Positions 52,101 through 64,000 of a stretch of DNA of 64,000 bases are shown here, piece after piece (positions within the stretch are counted from its first letter, which is position 1; the number at the start of each line of letters is the position of its first letter). The translations under genes and the position numbers were made by a program. The stretch comes from Antedon mediterranea (Eukaryota; Animalia; Echinodermata): positions 22,647,365 to 22,711,364 of the forward strand of contig NC_092678.1 of the NCBI RefSeq assembly GCF_964355755.1, written 5' to 3'. Under the pieces are notes generated by a model. The model saw only the letters and a list, made by a program, of their open reading frames with translations, had not been told where the DNA came from and did not search any database.

Positions 52101-53870
52101 ATAGAACATGGCTTTGTCTACAAATCATATAAACATGGTACAGCAAATGCAAACAAATAAGAAATTTAGGCTACATTTTGAGTATTTATATTTTCAATAG
52201 ACTATACAACAACAATTGTTCTTAATGTTTCACTGTTAAAATAAGGCATGAAATAGGGAGAAAGGGGCGATGAGGGACTGAGATGTTCTTTAAAATTGCA
52301 TTTTAGGGTAAACATAAACAGAACATTAACACACTAAAACCGAAGTTGACATTGACTCACCGTCTGTTCAGTATTTGGAACGTCGATCTGAAATAAATAA
52401 AATTATTTTGTAACAACATTGGAAGGTTTTTCTGTGATTTCCATTATTTATCATAATTTACACGCGTCGATTAAAAGACATGAACTGTTGTTTTAATTTA
52501 TTACATTATTTTCTGTTTATTGTCAATATCCATAAATTAGCCATAGGCCTACTTACAGACTGGGATCCATTATCATCACTGTCGGAAACAGTCTGCAAGG
52601 AGAAAAAAAACACGTTATTGAGGAGCCTGATATTGTATGCTGCATCGATGTATATTCATTTTCCACACACGCCCAAAACCACGAATACCAATAACTAGTC
52701 ATTTTCCAACACAATCATTTCTATTAATTGTTCACATACGTAATTGATAGTAAAGGGTTTTGTTAAATCGGAACAAATAATGCGCCATATAAACAATATA
52801 TCCAATACTCACATTCGCCTGGCAAAACTCCACATGAGAGCGAATTTCTCCGGCATCGAATAATATCCCACATATGCGACATTTTAATTGAATGCCCGAC
52901 GATGGGCAAACAATGTCTTCAAGTATAATTGAAGTCTGGATTGGTCTGTTTATAAAAAAATAATCTATTAGTATTGCATTTTTTTTTATAATAATAAAAT
53001 AATTCTTTAAAATAGCCATGTGTCAGACTATTAAAGAAATACAAGTAAAGTTTACTTTCAAATTGCACATTGACATTTTTAAAAGAATAACATAAAATCA
53101 CCATTATGCCTATTCCCTTATTCCATTTTTTAGATGTCCATATATCGACTCACATTTTTAATATACTGTATTAGTATTTTTTTTTTCTTTTTCTTTACAG
53201 ACCCCTCAGGATAAAAACCTCCGGAGGGGTTGTCTTTGCTCCTTTTTGGCATTTCGTCTATTGCTCTGTCTTGCATTCTCTTTTTTTAACTTTGATTTTG
53301 GTTACGTTTAAAATGTTGTTGGTATTTAATTATTTATGTATTCTTGATTCATCGTCATATATATGTTTTTGTCCTCTGGTTTTGTCTTAATTTTATTTTT
53401 ATATTTTGATGTATTTTTATATTATCATATGAGCCGGGAATAATAATAATAATAATAAACAAACCTCATGTACACGCGGTTGCTGCAGGCCAACTTTAGG
53501 TACTCGGCTGTACATGGCCCGTTATGCATTAGCTCCAGCAATGTTCTGCTGCCTTTCGCAGGCAACAGAAAATCGAAGCCGTCAAGGAGTTGTGGTTTAT
53601 TGAATGCACTGTGAATAAAATGTAAAATGTGGTTTTTTTGTTGTTTATTTTACATTTGATTGTTATACACCGTCAATATTCATACAATGTTAATAGTATA
53701 CCTGAATATTTGAGATTGGACATGTTCCTCGCAGCCGTCTACCTCAAATTGAATTTTCTTTTCGCCAATTCCATTGGCACTTAAAATGGCCTTTTCCTCC
53801 CGCGATGGGATAGTGGAATCACCGCAGTCGGCCAGACAAACAACAAGCCGTGAAAAATATCGGCATTTTT
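49102..53870 (-). CDS. Multi-exon G2E3-like HECT E3 ubiquitin ligase with a UBZ-like C2HC finger (possible frameshift in the upstream exon)
   Basis: Exons encode VCLAD..P.REEK.IL.ANGIGEKKIQF, YMRPIQ, CRICG..RSHVEFC, EFLGERAKDLGGPRQEF, and LQFCTGA..LPCSNTC (catalytic Cys). GT-AG junctions are visible. The 5' end is uncertain. Confidence 0.82.
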
Positions 53871-55667
53871 CTAAAATGAAATATGAAAGGAAATGGAATA
53901 ATAATAATCCACATCAAAAGAAACCTTTAGTACGTAACTGTGATTGGTTGACAGTGTATTCAAAATAAAATGCTACACCAAATATATCTAGCTGCATGAA
54001 TTCTCACTCATATGACTTATCACAAAGCAGTAAATATGTTTATAATTATTAATAATTCTAATAATAATGAATGACTTATAATTACTAATGCACATTACTC
54101 CATAAACAAACCATAGTGGGTACCGGGTGAACAGAAAAATCCCAATTATTATAATAGGCGAATGACTTGGTACCTTTTTTAAAGAAAGAAAGTTTTTTTT
54201 TTTTTAATTAAAGTTGTACTCACTTTTGGTCAAAGGCTTGCCGGTTGCGCTGTTGGAAGGCCTATTAAGCTAACGAATGAATAATACATTAATATTTATG
54301 ACGACAAAAATACGAAATTTAGAATTAAATTATAATCAATGAGCAATACAATTAGGTTGTGATTGTATACATAATAAAAATACTTGTGCTTACACGAAAA
54401 AGACGGCTATGCTCTTGTAATATGCTGAAAGGAAATGAAAAAAAAAGAAATGAATGTTTTTGTTTATGTCAGAGCAAACATAAATTCTATGTATATTTTA
54501 TATGCAAATGACAAAAATCAAAGTAATTTTCCACTGATGAATAAATGTATTAATATCAGACTTGACCATCAATTTCTGAAAATATATAACATAGGGCATA
54601 CATTGCATAATTATGTTGATTTTCGTCTTTTCTGCTAACGGAAAGTGATTAAAACATATATCACTGCGTAAACTACTATTACATAATACCGTCAAACGGT
54701 ATGTATTCAAATAAACACCCCGGACGTTTATTGTTCAGGGTTTTTTAGGGGGTGGGGGAGGGGTGGGGGGGCTTTATTCGATGGAGACGTTTATCGAGTG
54801 GGTGGGCCTTAATTTTTATTTTGGGCTTAAATTGGTAACATAATATGTATAAGCAAAATAACACCCCTTGATATGAGAAAAATAATAAATTAATACCAAG
54901 ACGTGATAAAATACAGTACAAATTTTACATAGAAATGTGTTATGGTACAGTGTTGTGTATTATGAATGTGACGTGACGTTTATTAGATTAGTCCGCAGCA
55001 GCGTGAAAACACGATATATAGAACTAAATAACACCCAATAATTGTTCCTTATATATCAAACATTAGAATGATATAAACATTAAAATGCTACTTACAATTT
55101 ATATCAAGAAAATAGGGAAAACTTCGCTACAATCCAACGGTCTCTCAAGTGAAGGCTGATAACACAGGCAAACCCTATTTGCATTTTGCCGCGTTTTTTA
55201 GGATGTTTTAGAAAAATATGTAAGGAATCTATCTATCTATCTTTCTTTTAAGATACTATTTAAAATGATTGATGACATACAAGTGATCTTAAGTTGCAAA
55301 TAAAACACTTTGGTGCTTTAGAAAATAGCCAGGTACAGAATTGACCCCACACTGTAAAATGACACATACTTTTATTTTGTAACTTTACAATTTAAAACAT
55401 ATATCATAATGTTCAGTATTGTCTACAGTTTATTTTGAGCTATACTATCCAAAAGAATCCGATTTATAATAGCCGAGATATTTAGGTGGGAACATGAAAA
55501 TCAAGTGTTTTTTTAGAATATCACGATGCAAAATCAGTGGTATTCATGTCCCAGTGGAGTGTGTTGAGGCAATTTAGCTATTTCGTTGAGATTCATATGA
55601 TAATATTACAAATATTAAAACAAAAAACTGTATGTGTATGTACCTCGAGTTTTTCTGTAAAAAGTGA

Positions 55668-56020
55668 ATGCTGCCCTCAAACGTCGAAAATTAGTTAGTA
55701 TTTTTTTGCAAACGTCCTTTGATTGCTGAGCTTGTCCTTCGATTGTTCGACTTGACCTTTAAATTGACAAATTGTCCTATTGCGAAAACTTGTCACTTGA
55801 TCTGGCAAATTGTCCGTTGTTTTTTTGTTTATTCTTTGCTGTTTAACTTGACTATTATGAGAATATGTTTTAGTTCTTTGTTTTCTATATTTGTTAGTTG
55901 ATTTTTGAAAACGTTCGTTGTTTTTTGAGTTTGTTCGTTGATTTTTGAAAACGTTCGTTGTTTTTTGAAGTAGTTCTTTGTTTAAATTTTTTACTATTAT
56001 GGCCCTAATGACCGCCCATA
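55668..56020 (-). mobile_element. Element related to the 17191 family (shared termini, different internal array)
   Basis: ATGCTGCCCTCAAACGT ... GGCCCTAATGACCGCCCATA. Confidence 0.55.
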
Positions 56021-56022
56021 CT

Positions 56023-56082
56023 CGAGAACCATCTGTGGGCACGACCTAGATGGTCCGCGAGCGAAGCGAGCGTACCATCTAG
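56023..56082 (+). mobile_element. Isolated Helitron family A 3' terminus
   Basis: CGAGAACCATCTGTGGGCACGAC-hairpin-CTAG|T, matching 24427-24486. Confidence 0.85.
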
Positions 56083-56304
56083 TTTGAATAAATCTAGCTT
56101 AATTAAGTTATGACTGAAGGTAAATAACATAAGCAAGATCTACCCATAAGAAAATATAAATTGTTAAAATTAATAATAAAAAAGTGAAATATATCCTCAT
56201 AAGAATAGAAGAAAATAATAGTTATAATTATTAAATATATTAAAACTATAATATAAAAAAATATTTAAAAGACGAAATAAATGCGATTTAAATATAGGTT
56301 TACA

Positions 56305-58946
56305 TTAGTTTACATATACCAACTTTTCTATTTCAAATGTTTTGTGATTCCCTTCATTTTTTAAAACAAATGTTGTTATTAATGATTTATTTTCAATCTT
56401 CGTAACGTCATTTCCATTGATAGATATCAGGTCGCTTTTGATTATTATATTATTTTCATAACATCCACTTAGCATGTCATTAACAATAGTACCTGTTAAG
56501 TTACAATCACTCATAGAAAGACGGTATAAGTTTGGAAATATAATCAATATGTTAGCTAGTGTACTTCCATTGATTGATGATAGGTCAATCCCATCCAAAA
56601 TAAGATTATTCCATCTAAATCTGTAACGACTTGGTGATATTAAAAGATCGTGTAATTGTTTAGCTGACATATTATAATTACCCCAAGTGTGGCTTCGATA
56701 GTCCCCCCGTGTCTCTATTAAATTGATAATGTTTCCAAGTAATTCAGTATTAATATCTGAAAGATTATTTCCTTCTAAGATGACAAGATTTTCTTTTGAC
56801 TTTAAATAGTGTATATCTACTTCATTAAACATGTCAACTATTTGTTTGCTTGATAATTGAGAATTTGTCAGTTTGAACCTGTTTAAATCATTGGAAGTGT
56901 TTAATATACGACCTAATACAGACCCATTAATAAACTCCGGATAGTCGGTCGTGAGACTAAAACTCTTCAATTTAACAAAAGCTTTACTATGTTCACATTC
57001 TTCTAACATTGTGTTAATATGTGAACCACCTATATTATATTCTATATAACGTATGTTGAGCTCTCGTAAATTTGGAAAGTTTTGAATTAATTTGCAAATC
57101 TGTGAGTCAATTGTAGTGTTATATTCGAAGCAATCCATAAACCACCAAAAAGAACGTACTTCCTCATCAAAACGGTATTTTTTCCATTCGTCTGAGAGGA
57201 TTTTAAGAGCTTTATCACCCCATTTATGAAGTAATGTTATCATACACCTACTGTTTCGACTTTGATACAGATATCGTAAAAAGATTTCAGCGTGTGCTAC
57301 TAACCTACATACATTATCAGATGACTCAATGTTTGATTTTTCTATGATTGATTTTATATTTTCACATATTACTCTTTTCCCCTTGTTTGTATAATCATCC
57401 GCAAATAATTCCATTTGTTGGAATAAGTGCAAATCTTTTTCATATAGCATCTTTAACGAATTTTTAAAATTGTCAACATGCATTTTCATTTCTGATGACA
57501 TGTGTTTATCCAATGATTTCACTACATTGTGTTCGTGCTCTTGATTTACATATTTAAAATATTTTAAAAAAGAGTAATAATTTGAGAGCCTATTTACCAA
57601 CCAGTGTTTCATTAATTTATCTGCATTAGGACCTAGAAAACTAATAGTGAAAACTGTTACCGTTTGTAAATATTCGCTCGTCCTTAAGTTCTCGCATTCC
57701 TCAGATGTTAAAGTATCAATTTTGTTAGACAAGTAAAACCCGGCTAGAGCTTCTGACAATAACTTATGTGGACTTCTGTAAGTCTCGACAAAATCATCCT
57801 GAATAGTAGGGTCATCTTTGTAAACAAATCCTAATTTCAACGATAAGTCAACCAAAGTTTCATTTTTTACTTGTTCATTTAACTTCTTTTTAGTAAATTG
57901 AAGTAAATTACTATGTAAACCAATGTAACTAATTTGCCCTAATATTACAATTGCATTTTTGTAGTCAGTCGGAATGTGGTCAAATTCTGGTATTGCTGTA
58001 GTAGTAGACTTTTTACTCCTGTTAATGTTCTGGTTTAAAATCAGACAAAATATTGGTTTAAAATCAGACAAAATATTTCTTTAAAAAACTGCTAAAAAAT
58101 CTTTGGGAATTGTTTGTTTGTGTTGCCACACAGTACACATTTTAAGTAACAAAAACGGGGATGAAAGTAGTTCAAAATTTTTTTTATGATCACCACCCCA
58201 ACATTTAGATTTAGAATCAAGTTTAAATCGATCTATTAATAACTGACCCAGTTTAGAATTTTCAATATAATCAAAATATTTGATTATATATGGCTTTATA
58301 TTTTCTTTACTGAATCCCTCTATATTAACAAGTACATCAAAATGTTTTTCTACGCTTAAAGTAAAACCCGGTCTCGAAGTAAGAAAGACTGTGCAATCTT
58401 CTAGTTCTTCACGTTTTATTATCATTGGAATATCTAGCCCAGAATTTAACTCATCATATCCATCCATCAGAACAACACATTCTCGGTCATGTTTCTCTAT
58501 AAAAGTTTTTATAGATGTATTACTTACACGGGGATCTGTTTTTGCATTCACCTTAACACTATTTATGATCATATCAGTGATGGTTTGACCTTTCTCGATG
58601 TCTCTTACGTTTACAAGAAATACTATTTGACCAGCAAACGTATCATCGGAATCTATCGCCCAGTTATAAGATAAATATTGAAGTAATGTTGTCTTACCAA
58701 TTCCACCATTTCCTACCATTAATACTTTAGGTGAGTCTTTTGACTTTATAATATCCAATAATTCTTGCAACGGTGTGAGCTTTCTATTTTTTTCTTCTTT
58801 TGTAGTAGTATATAATACAGGATCTGTAAACATCTTGGAAATATCAACATAGTGTTCAAAATGTTCGGTCCACGTCGGTGGTCTCAATGTTGGGTCTTTT
58901 AATTTATTTGTCTGTACTGCTGTTAAATAGTTTCGAATAATATCAT
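56305..58946 (-). pseudogene. NACHT-LRR exon of NLR gene C, interrupted by one in-frame TAA at 58081-58083
   Basis: GNGGIGKTT, LMDGYDE, FLTSRP, SPFLL, HKLLSEALAG. LRRs include FPNLRELNI, LNRFKLTNSQLS and FPNLYRLSMSDCNLT. The two ORFs share one frame. Confidence 0.88.
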
Positions 58947-59214
58947 CTGAAATCAAGAAAGTTTGTAATTCATCTCGTGAAAAGCAAATATTACCTAGTA
59001 GGTTTGACCATACCATCAATATTGTAATATAGTACTCCTTTACATTTATTATCCAGCAAGTTCATGACCTGCTTACGCTCATTTGCCTCGTTTGAAGCCA
59101 TTGTAACAATTCTGATTTTTTACTCTCTTTTTTGTTCACACTACCACGGCGCATAATGTTTATACACTGCATCGCTATAGAATCACCAAATTATTATATA
59201 CATACCATTATCAC

Positions 59215-59271
59215 CTTCCGTTAATTTGTTCTTTGATGCTAGGAAGACGGCAATTACCAGTACTAAAGCTG
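59215..59271 (-). CDS. Phase-1 linker exon of gene C (57 nt hydrophobic, or only the last 24 nt)
   Basis: Donor AAG|GTGA; candidate acceptors TTATAG or TTCCTAG. Ends NKLTE, resembling HKLRE in gene B. Confidence 0.5.
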
Positions 59272-60152
59272 CTATAATGAAATACACAAAAGTAATTTAG
59301 TTACAAATTGCAGGCATGAGACCGTTGCTAACTAAAAGAGGCAGTTGTAGTCACTAATGTAATACGCTTCAAAATAAATACATTATGTTTGATATTGTAA
59401 ATTTATTGAAAATAAACATTAGTTGAGTTGTTACTGCTTGTACTTACTGAGTATTGGTATAGCCATAGATACCAAGTTATCTTGATTTGTCACTGTATGT
59501 ACGCCTATAACTAAAAAATAAATGTATACTAGAAACTATTGTATATCATTAGGCCTGTATTTCAACAACTCTGCAATATCAACTGTTAAAAAAAGGATCT
59601 GAATAAATGAATGATACATTTTAAGTATTCTTTTTTATAACACACCTGGTCGTATTCTTTCAATTTGATTGGTCAATTAGGCATCACGTGTCATTTGGAA
59701 GTAGCTTATCTCAGATTGTGTTATCATTACTGTTTAACATTGTAAAAAAAAAACAACTAAAATGTCGCGAAGTTTGAAATGTATCACATATCTGGCAAAA
59801 TAAATATTTAAAAGATGCAAGGTTTATAAAAAAAATTAAACTTTAAGTGATATGTCCGAAACCAACATTTCCAATCCGTAAATATATTTTCGAAATATGA
59901 TGTTTTCATGAAAATGTAAAATAGAAGTGTATTCATACTCTATTGCGATGTAGTCCTCAGTGGAGAAAATAAAATATTAGGATTGCTGTATCTATATATG
60001 TAGGCTTAAATGTAAAAAAATCAATAAATAAAAGGTCGAGGACGGGAGAATTATGAGTTTGAAATGCATGTATAATATTAATAAATAAACAATATTAATA
60101 AACATATGTTGAGACACAAAATGAGTCTAATGTTGTTATTCATAATGCTTAC

Positions 60153-60185
60153 CGTTATATATCCTGTTATCCGATCGAAGTAACA
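60153..60185 (-). CDS. 33-nt phase-1 micro-exon of gene C
   Basis: TACAG|...|GTAAGC, open frame. Confidence 0.45.
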
Positions 60186-60772
60186 CTGTACAGTAGGTTA
60201 GAAAAAAAAATTCAGAATTCTATTTACCACGGTAATTATTATGTGTTATTTACTTAGTTAGGAAATGTATTCACTTAACTGAGAAATTAAATTAAAACTG
60301 ATATAAATGATGCAGTTGATTTTCGATGAACATGATTTTCGATGACCATTAATCAGGTCTGATCTATTGATGGAGTTGCATCATTTTATACGATAATAAT
60401 ATATAATAAGTAATGATAATATATATCCAATGTTTCCAAAAAAGTTGGAGAATTTTTTCATTAAATTTAAATACCAAAATAAGCTAAAATTTAAGGTATA
60501 TTTCAAGATTGAAAATTGATTTATTTTAAAGGTTTGCGCCACCTACATCATCATTGCATTATATGATAATGAATGGTGCATGAGTAGCTCACGTCACTGT
60601 ATTGTGTTTCATACATCTATCACAGCGTTACAGTATTTTAGTTACATATAACATCTGAATGTTTATAATCAAATCTTTTCAAGCCCTTTTCCTTCTCTTG
60701 CACCTGCCCCAAAGTTTGGTATTCACTGGATTTGTTAATGATTTCTGTCACTGATTAGACTAAACTCTATAC

Positions 60773-60835
60773 CTGTAGAAATTGGTGTTGGTGTCGATGC
60801 TGAAGTTTGAATAACTGTGGGCTGGTAGGGTTTCG
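60773..60835 (-). CDS. 63-nt Pro/Thr-rich phase-1 exon of gene C
   Basis: ATCAG|...|GTATA; encodes AKPYQPTVIQTSASTPTPIST. Confidence 0.5.
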
Positions 60836-61095
60836 CTGATAGGTTCAAATGCACCGAGAAATACAAAAAGAAATCAACATATATTATAAGTTTAAACTTT
60901 TAACCAACTAACTAAAAATAGGAACATTTTTTAATTATCTTAAATTGCTGTTTACTCATTTGATGTTTTGATTTTATATTTAAAATAAATTGCATACTAT
61001 TACAACTTCGATGTAGTTTATAATTTGCATCAATGTAACACCAAAGTATCCATGAGTTGTACCCTCTCTATTTCAAATGTTTGTTTTATGCATAC

Positions 61096-61609
61096 CTAGT
61101 AGAATACGTTGTGTCTTCTTGTTCAGACGTTTAGCAAATATTTCAATTTGTTGTTGTGAATCCAGTTCTCCGTCTTTCTCAATGTGATATACAACATCCC
61201 ATATGTTGTTATAGTTGAAAGCACTCAGTTTGTAAAAACCAGTCACTCTTTTCAAGTCGTCATTTCCAACGTTTTTAAGTGCTCTAAACAGTGCTCTGCG
61301 GTATTCTGTTAGGCGTACTGTCTCTGTGTCACTGCTACATTGAGCAGTGTTCTTGTATTCTGTTATGCGATGTTTTGCTGAGGTCAGCATAGTTACTTCA
61401 GCTATGTCTGACAACAGTTCCACGTTACTTTTAGAAATAAATCCAAGGTCAGTAAGTTTGTTAAACAGTTCTAAGGCTATCTGTGATTGATCTAGATCTC
61501 CAATAGGTAGAATGCCATATAGAAGCATTCTTAACTCTCGGACTGTCACACCAGCATAGTGTTCGCTAAGGTTTTCCAAAAAAATTTGGAATTTTTTATT
61601 TTCATCCAT
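61096..61609 (-). CDS. Tandem DED first coding exon of NLR gene C
   Basis: ATG lies just after an acceptor. DED patterns LELFNKLTDLGFISKSNVELL and LTEYRRALF. Donor G|GTATG, phase 1. Confidence 0.82.
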
Positions 61610-63164
61610 TTTGTATCTATAAACGAAGATACACAATTTTCAAACCGGAATTTCTAAAGAAAAAACAAACAAATGTTCTTATCGAATTCAGTGTAGGGTC
61701 TCTATTAGACCTACAATGCCTTATTTTGACTAGTCTTGTACTTTGATCGCACCATAATCGAATTTAGATCACCTCGACGAAAGTGCGACAAACCAAACCA
61801 AAATATTCAATGTGTTTTAAGACAGGCTTGATCATTATTGAAAAATTAAAAAAACGCCAAAAATATGATCGTATAATAAAGCAGGAATACTTATATTATA
61901 AATTATAGTAATTCAATATCAAGTTAAAGTATCCAAATATCCAGGCCTACTAGCACTTTTTTTCAATACTGTATAAAGTGTATTTATTGTATTCTATGCA
62001 TAGTCCCAAAACAGCATTATATAATTATTGAATTATTACTCCTACTATTATTATTATTATTATTATTACTATTTATTAATACAAAATGTGTATATTAATT
62101 GAAAGTTTAAAAAAATAATGCTCACAGTGTGTTATTCCGTCTGCTTGCTAAAAAGATAGGGCCTACTTCGTTATATAACAGTCCACCATTCGTCATTCGT
62201 CATTTTGTGTAATGTAATTCAGTCATATATAGAGTAAGCATACTCAGTCGCAAAATGGCTTATGAATTTAAAAATAAACCCATATTTTAACAGAAATGCA
62301 GATTATATAGGCATATTCTAATTATTTATATACTCTACTTACTTACTTCTTCCAATTTCCAATGACAGTAGTCTTTATTGCATTCTGTTTTGTGTTTAGT
62401 AACAAAAAGACGCTTTTCAATGTTAATAGACCTATGATGTAATTAAGACGTTATACCAAGATGAATGTCTGTTCATTATAATTATTCTTTTCGTTAGCAT
62501 GACATTTTGCAACAGTACCTCTAAAATTAGGATTTGCAATGTTTATTAGTAGCCCTAGTTTTAAAACATGCCAAATTTAATTTACGGGTTGACCTATCGA
62601 TTTTAAAACCAATAAAAAAACTTAACGAAGCATAACTACAATGCATATTTTATTTAATCAATGCCATTGAGCCCTAAATGATCAGTTCCATTAGGAACTT
62701 GATAGGCTACCCTCAGTAAAGATGGTAATAAATAAATAAATAAATAAATAAATAAAAATAACTTGAAATACTTGGCCATAAAACAAATAAATAGTACAAA
62801 CCAAGTGATGTTTTTCGGTAATACAGTAATATTATTAAAAGACCACAATTTCAGATAAAGGTTAATTTCATATTTTATTTCATTCTTTTTTCATCTGAAA
62901 ACAATTAAAGTTAAAACTATTGCCACTAATAATGATTTAAGGCAATTACCTAAAATGTACGTAAATTCAAATTCTTTAATACATCAAAACAAATTTGATA
63001 AAATTAACATCAAGATAAACGAAGAAAACAAGGAAAATAAAACAAAGAGAAAGAACAAAAAGAAAGTTAATTATGTCTCGTAAATGTACCTTCATTTCTG
63101 GAGAGATACACTTTTTCGTGTTTTTTACAATTTAAAATATTTGAGAATGAATCAATGTGATGCC

Positions 63165-63694
63165 CTAATAATTGCCAACCAGTTTTTCATGAATTTTCTT
63201 AATTCTGTATGGATCCTTGGCTAGTACTTCAATTTCTAATTTATAAACGACATTCCAAATATTTTGTAAGTTATGATGTTTTAGGTTGTAGTAAGAAACC
63301 AAACGTTTTAATGCATCTGTGTCAACTTGTCTCATGGCTTTAAACAGTCGCTTCCGATCATCTGACAACATTGTGTCATCATAATTTTGAAGTTTGTTGT
63401 CCTTCATATACTCTTTTATAAGATTTTCTGCAGGCTTCACTTCTGTTAGCTTCGTAATCTCTAATAATAGACTTACATTAGTAGGTGTGATTAAGCCTTT
63501 TAATTGAAGTGCATTAAACAAGTCATTTCCAATAGCATCTGTAATATCACTAACACTTAAATAATCAATTAGACAGAATCTTAACCAATAATATCTTTCA
63601 CCCTCATAGTATCTACTGAGATCAGCATTCAAGGTTTGAAACTTTGTTTTAGATTCCTTTTTAGATTCTGTAATTTCACTGTATTTTGTTGTGC
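63165..63694 (-). CDS. Tandem DED exon of gene D, reading into a stop codon
   Basis: TTGGCAG acceptor; DLFNALQLKGLITPTNVSLLLEI; paralogue of 61096-61609. Confidence 0.72.
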
Positions 63695-63813
63695 CTGCCA
63701 AAAAAAACAAAAACAAATTGTATACATTATTTCTATATTAATTCTACTAATTCTGGTTAAAGCTCTTAATCGTTTTAAACACACAGAAGAAATATACAAA
63801 AATAATAACTAAC

Positions 63814-63918
63814 TTTCCGTTCCTTTTCGTTTGTGATCCAAAACTTGACTTTCAAAATAGTGAGATGGATATGAGAATATGTTAGGAATAGCTATTATCA
63901 AGATACCAATGGCCAGTG
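63814..63918 (-). CDS. Candidate phase-1 exon upstream of the gene D DED exon
   Basis: TTTTTAG|...|GTTAGT, 105 nt open, hydrophobic start, ends KGTE. Confidence 0.4.
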
Positions 63919-64000
63919 CTAAAAATATTAAGGCAAACAAAAAATACAAAGTTAATTGTAAGGTTTCACTCCAAAATTTTAGATTAAAGTACAAATTAGT

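Overview
AT-rich animal (invertebrate) genomic DNA with spliceosomal introns. The DED-NACHT-LRR gene style and the transposon repertoire suggest a marine deuterostome such as an echinoderm, but that is inference. The host content is a minus-strand cluster of NLR-type immune genes: four tandem-DED exons, two NACHT exons (one continuing into LRRs) and phase-1 micro-exons, plus a multi-exon G2E3-like HECT E3 ligase gene. These sit among deeply nested transposons: a CR1/L2-group LINE, two Tx1/L1 LINEs, several non-autonomous Helitrons, a Helentron-type element, Kolobok-, Ginger-, Harbinger- and AcademH-like DNA elements, an apparently intact CsRN1-type Gypsy element with identical LTRs, and a Penelope-like element with hammerhead ribozyme motifs. 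The most unusual signals are: the modular DED-DED/NACHT architecture; a tandem tRNA-Asp(ATC)-like repeat inside the Penelope ends; a HECT gene bracketed by two halves of a Helitron; 24-31 bp TSD-flanked palindromes resembling P-element excision footprints; TA-GGCC-TA scars; and a triplicated primer-binding site. All calls come from reading the sequence by eye; no database searches were run.
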